The translations under genes were made by a program, and so were the position numbers. From the sequence record PV173148.1: a stretch of DNA of 37,377 nucleotides, one strand, 5' to 3'. The stretch is from Enterococcus phage vB_CECAV_04. Positions 35,026-37,377 of this stretch are shown here, piece after piece (the first letter of the stretch is position 1; each line of letters opens with the position of its first letter). The notes under the pieces were generated by a model, which saw nothing but the letters and a program-made list of their open reading frames with translations, searched no databases and was not told the DNA's origin.

Positions 35026-36978
35026 ATGATTAAAGCAATGTATATCCAATACAAGAACGGAACGAAGCGCCCTTTTAAAGACGCAGACGGCGAATATGTA
35101 TATTCCCCCGACCTTGAAGCATTTAATACTTGCGGAATTGTACTAACCGATACCGACATAGTACTTGACTTTGACAACGTAGACAAGCAGATATTGAGAA
35201 ATTTAATCAAAGTATTAAATATCAATACCGAAATTTGTTGGACGGAAAGAGGAGTACACTTATTTTTCAAAAAACCTAATGGGGTTAGGTTCCCCGTCAA
35301 TGCTATCGCTAAGTGTGGGTTGCCCGTGGAGTACAAAAAGAAAACGGGAAAAAATATCAGCATTACTCGTAAAATGAACGGCGTACCACGGGAAACATAC
35401 AACTTGGGCAAGCGTGAAGAACTGCCCGAATTTTTATACCCGTTTAAAAAGGGAACTGATAGCGATGCCGTCAACTTGTCAACTTTACAGCAAGGTTCAA
35501 GAAACAACAACCTTTTTAAATATGGTTTACTTATCAAGTCATTAAAAAATTGGCAAACCTATCTAAAATGGGCAAACGAAAATATCCTTGACGAACCCCT
35601 ACCCGAAAAAGAAATTGACGCAATTGTAAACAGCGTACAGGCGCACGAAGGCGGTACAGACAACGAATTTTCAGAAGATTACAATTTGGCACAGCGCGTT
35701 ATTAAAGAAAAGCGTGTTTATCTTTACAAGGAATTACTTTGGGTACTTATTTCTGACGAACCTTTAACGTGGTCTAGCCAAGACGAACATTTAAGGAAAG
35801 CAATCGGGGAGATAGCCAAAGGTCAAAGTGCAAGTATGCTAAGCGCCGTATTCACGCAACTTAAATATCATGCCCCGATTATTCGAGAAGATACCATTTT
35901 TCCCGTTCGCTTTGCAAATGGTATCTTAGAAAATGGTCGCTTTGATACAGACGATGACGAGCGTTTCTCACCTTACACAATAAACATTGTATACGACAAA
36001 CACGCTCAAAGCGTTAAAATCGTTGATGACTATTTAAACCACCTGACGCAAAATGATGAAAATTACAGGCGAGTTGTATTAGAAATGATTGGTCATTGTT
36101 TGATTACCAACCCTGAGAAAAAGAAAGCATTAGGCAAGTTTTTCTTCCTACACGGTGGTGGGGGAAACGGTAAAGGTACATTGCTTGAGATTATAACAGC
36201 AATTTTAGGACGTTCCAACGTATCAAATGTAAGCCCTAAACAGCTAAAAGACGAACGATATAGCAATGCTTTAATCGGGAAGTTGGCGAATTTAGCTGAT
36301 GATGTGGAAGATGTTTCTCTTGATAACGACATCATGAAAATCATGAAAAATATTTCAACGTGCGACAATATCCAGTTGCGCAAGCTCAACCATAACGCAA
36401 TTGAAACCCGTGTAACAGCAACCTTAATCAATACGACCAACCACTTGTTGAAATCCTTTGAAAAAGGCGACAGTTTCAGAAGGCGTATGCTTTGGTTGCC
36501 AATGTTTACCAAAGTAGAAAAGTTTGACGGTACTTTCATCACACGAATAACAGTACCCCAAGCATTGTCTTATTGGGTACGTTTAATAATCGAAGCGTAC
36601 GAGCGCCTTTGGGCGAATGGCGAGTTTACCAAGAGTGAAATGCTGAATGAAGCACAAACGGAGTATCACAGAAATAACAACAATACTATTATGTTCTTGG
36701 AAGATACCCCCGAAAGCGAGATACGTTGGCGAACTATTTCAGACATTTACACAAGTTATGAACAATGGTGCGAGGACGCTTGCGAAAAACCACTAGCTAA
36801 GATTAGATTGACTGAAAGCATTAGACAGTCACTAAACCTTGAAAGTAAGCTGACATGGCTACCAAACGGCTCAAACCGTGGGCGCTACTTTGTTCCCGTA
36901 GGTTATGACGCTAAAACCGATAAAGAACGAGAGTTGAAATGGTTGAATGAAAATTTGAAGCAATTACATGAAATGTAA
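35026..36978 (+). CDS. Bifunctional primase-polymerase (prim-pol) / D5_N / SF3 helicase (P4-family primase C-terminal domain), about 650 aa.
   Basis: N-terminal prim-pol-like region (DIVLDFDNVD...WTERGVHLFF). Walker A FFLHGGGGNGKGT and a downstream Walker B-like LANLADDVED. ATG after an AGAAAGGAA SD. Confidence 0.8.
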   Translation: MIKAMYIQYKNGTKRPFKDADGEYVYSPDLEAFNTCGIVLTDTDIVLDFDNVDKQILRNLIKVLNINTEICWTERGVHLFFKKPNGVRFPVNAIAKCGLPVEYKKKTGKNISITRKMNGVPRETYNLGKREELPEFLYPFKKGTDSDAVNLSTLQQGSRNNNLFKYGLLIKSLKNWQTYLKWANENILDEPLPEKEIDAIVNSVQAHEGGTDNEFSEDYNLAQRVIKEKRVYLYKELLWVLISDEPLTWSSQDEHLRKAIGEIAKGQSASMLSAVFTQLKYHAPIIREDTIFPVRFANGILENGRFDTDDDERFSPYTINIVYDKHAQSVKIVDDYLNHLTQNDENYRRVVLEMIGHCLITNPEKKKALGKFFFLHGGGGNGKGTLLEIITAILGRSNVSNVSPKQLKDERYSNALIGKLANLADDVEDVSLDNDIMKIMKNISTCDNIQLRKLNHNAIETRVTATLINTTNHLLKSFEKGDSFRRRMLWLPMFTKVEKFDGTFITRITVPQALSYWVRLIIEAYERLWANGEFTKSEMLNEAQTEYHRNNNNTIMFLEDTPESEIRWRTISDIYTSYEQWCEDACEKPLAKIRLTESIRQSLNLESKLTWLPNGSNRGRYFVPVGYDAKTDKERELKWLNENLKQLHEM

Positions 36979-37077
36979 TGAAAAGGCTATACAAGGTTAT
37001 ACAAAGCTATCTCAGCCCTTTGCGACTAGTTTACTAGTTACAAGGGGCTTTGTAGTACCCTTAAAATACTCACTCAT

Positions 37078-37167
37078 TCTAAAACACGCTTAAAATCGTT
37101 TCTAAGCCGTTTTAGCCGTTTTGGGTATAATTACCCTAGAAACTATTTAAAACAGCTTAGAACGCAA
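37078..37167 (+). repeat. Structured element R1-B, homologous to 21282-21373. Arms CTAAGCCGTTTT (37093-37104) and AAAACAGCTTAG (37140-37151). The loop contains TGgGTATAAT. Conserved tail CTTAGAACGCAAATGAGAGCG.
   Basis: Aligned by eye to R1-A. The arms show a compensatory G:C to C:G swap. Confidence 0.6.
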
Positions 37168-37299
37168 ATGAGAGCGTTTTAATGTTGTTCAAGGCTATTT
37201 CATTCTTTCAGGGTTACAAGGTTGGTTGTTGAAGTAATAAAAAATGAGAAAATGACTGGTTTTCTTAAAATGCAATTAGTTTTATTAAAATTTAATTCG

Positions 37300-37377
37300 A
37301 ATTGTCTACAAATCACAAACAATTCAGTGTTTAATTCTTTTTTGGAACAAAATGGGGTAAAAATGTCCAGGGCTCAA
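37300..37377. repeat. Start of the TTTGTCC-family array at the window end (GGAACAAAA, ATGTCCAGGGC). It probably continues into positions 1-330 if the genome is circular or permuted.
   Basis: Motif similarity to 244-262 and 22221-22301. Confidence 0.4.

Noticed and set aside
553-36542. Numerous minus-strand ORFs of 60-190 aa. Examples: 553-798, 1184-1435, 1847-2151, 2822-3088, 4300-4881, 4972-5253, 6514-6708, 10689-10877, 11430-12342, 13309-13539, 15254-15436, 16950-17285, 18439-18657, 20892-21086, 22494-22793, 25379-26087, 27618-27887, 29221-30152, 30730-31035, 31177-31645, 32804-33295, 34041-34373, 34992-35537, 36093-36542.
   Set aside because: All are fully embedded antisense to well-supported + strand genes. 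They lack SDs and have odd composition. They are typical shadow ORFs.
37253-37377. ORF starting at ATG 37253 and running off the window end (MTGFLKMQLVLL...).
   Set aside because: It is truncated by the window. If the genome is circular it would close after about 68 aa inside the iteron region. There is no SD and the composition is AT-driven.
1-37377. Searched for tRNA genes, CRISPR arrays, integrase/excisionase, CI/Cro-like repressors and IS elements.
   Set aside because: There are no cloverleaf-compatible GTTCGA/T-loop contexts and no regularly spaced direct repeats with unique spacers. There is no tyrosine or serine recombinase motif and no transposase ORF. The only regularly repeated DNA is the iteron arrays and the 127-bp duplication.

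Overview
The window looks like a complete or nearly complete genome (about 37.4 kb) of a tailed siphovirus-type phage infecting a low-GC Gram-positive host. The roughly 36-37% GC, AAAGGAGTG-type ribosome-binding sites and several TTG starts suggest Lactobacillales. Every credible gene is on the + strand. Gene order is as follows. A non-coding control region (1-360) is followed by two unknown genes. Then comes a classical late/structural operon: TerS, TerL, portal, Mu-F-like minor head protein, scaffold, major capsid, four head-tail joining proteins, major tail protein, tail chaperone with a -1 frameshift, tape measure, a long Dit, a 1162-aa Tal with internal repeats, a BppU-like baseplate/RBP protein, Amidase_2 endolysin and holin. 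A second non-coding control region (21860-22416) follows. The early/replication module comes last: several small acidic and membrane proteins, an NrdH-like redoxin, an AAA+ (AAA_5/MoxR-like) ATPase with a partner, a DUF3310-like protein, an MBL-fold hydrolase, a family-B DNA polymerase and a prim-pol/D5-like SF3 helicase. I found no integrase, repressor, tRNA or CRISPR array, so the phage looks virulent. The most unusual content is non-coding. (a) Two homologous iteron/operator arrays built from TTTGTCC/GGACAAA heptamers plus an A/T palindrome. (b) Two homologous ~90-bp structured elements with a compensatory change in their inverted-repeat arms. (c) A perfect 127-bp tandem duplication carrying a terminator. 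(d) A family of about 8 early promoters sharing an AAAAACTATTGACTTTT extended -35. (e) A possible small CU-rich transcript after the holin. All functional calls rest on motifs read by eye, since no database search was possible.
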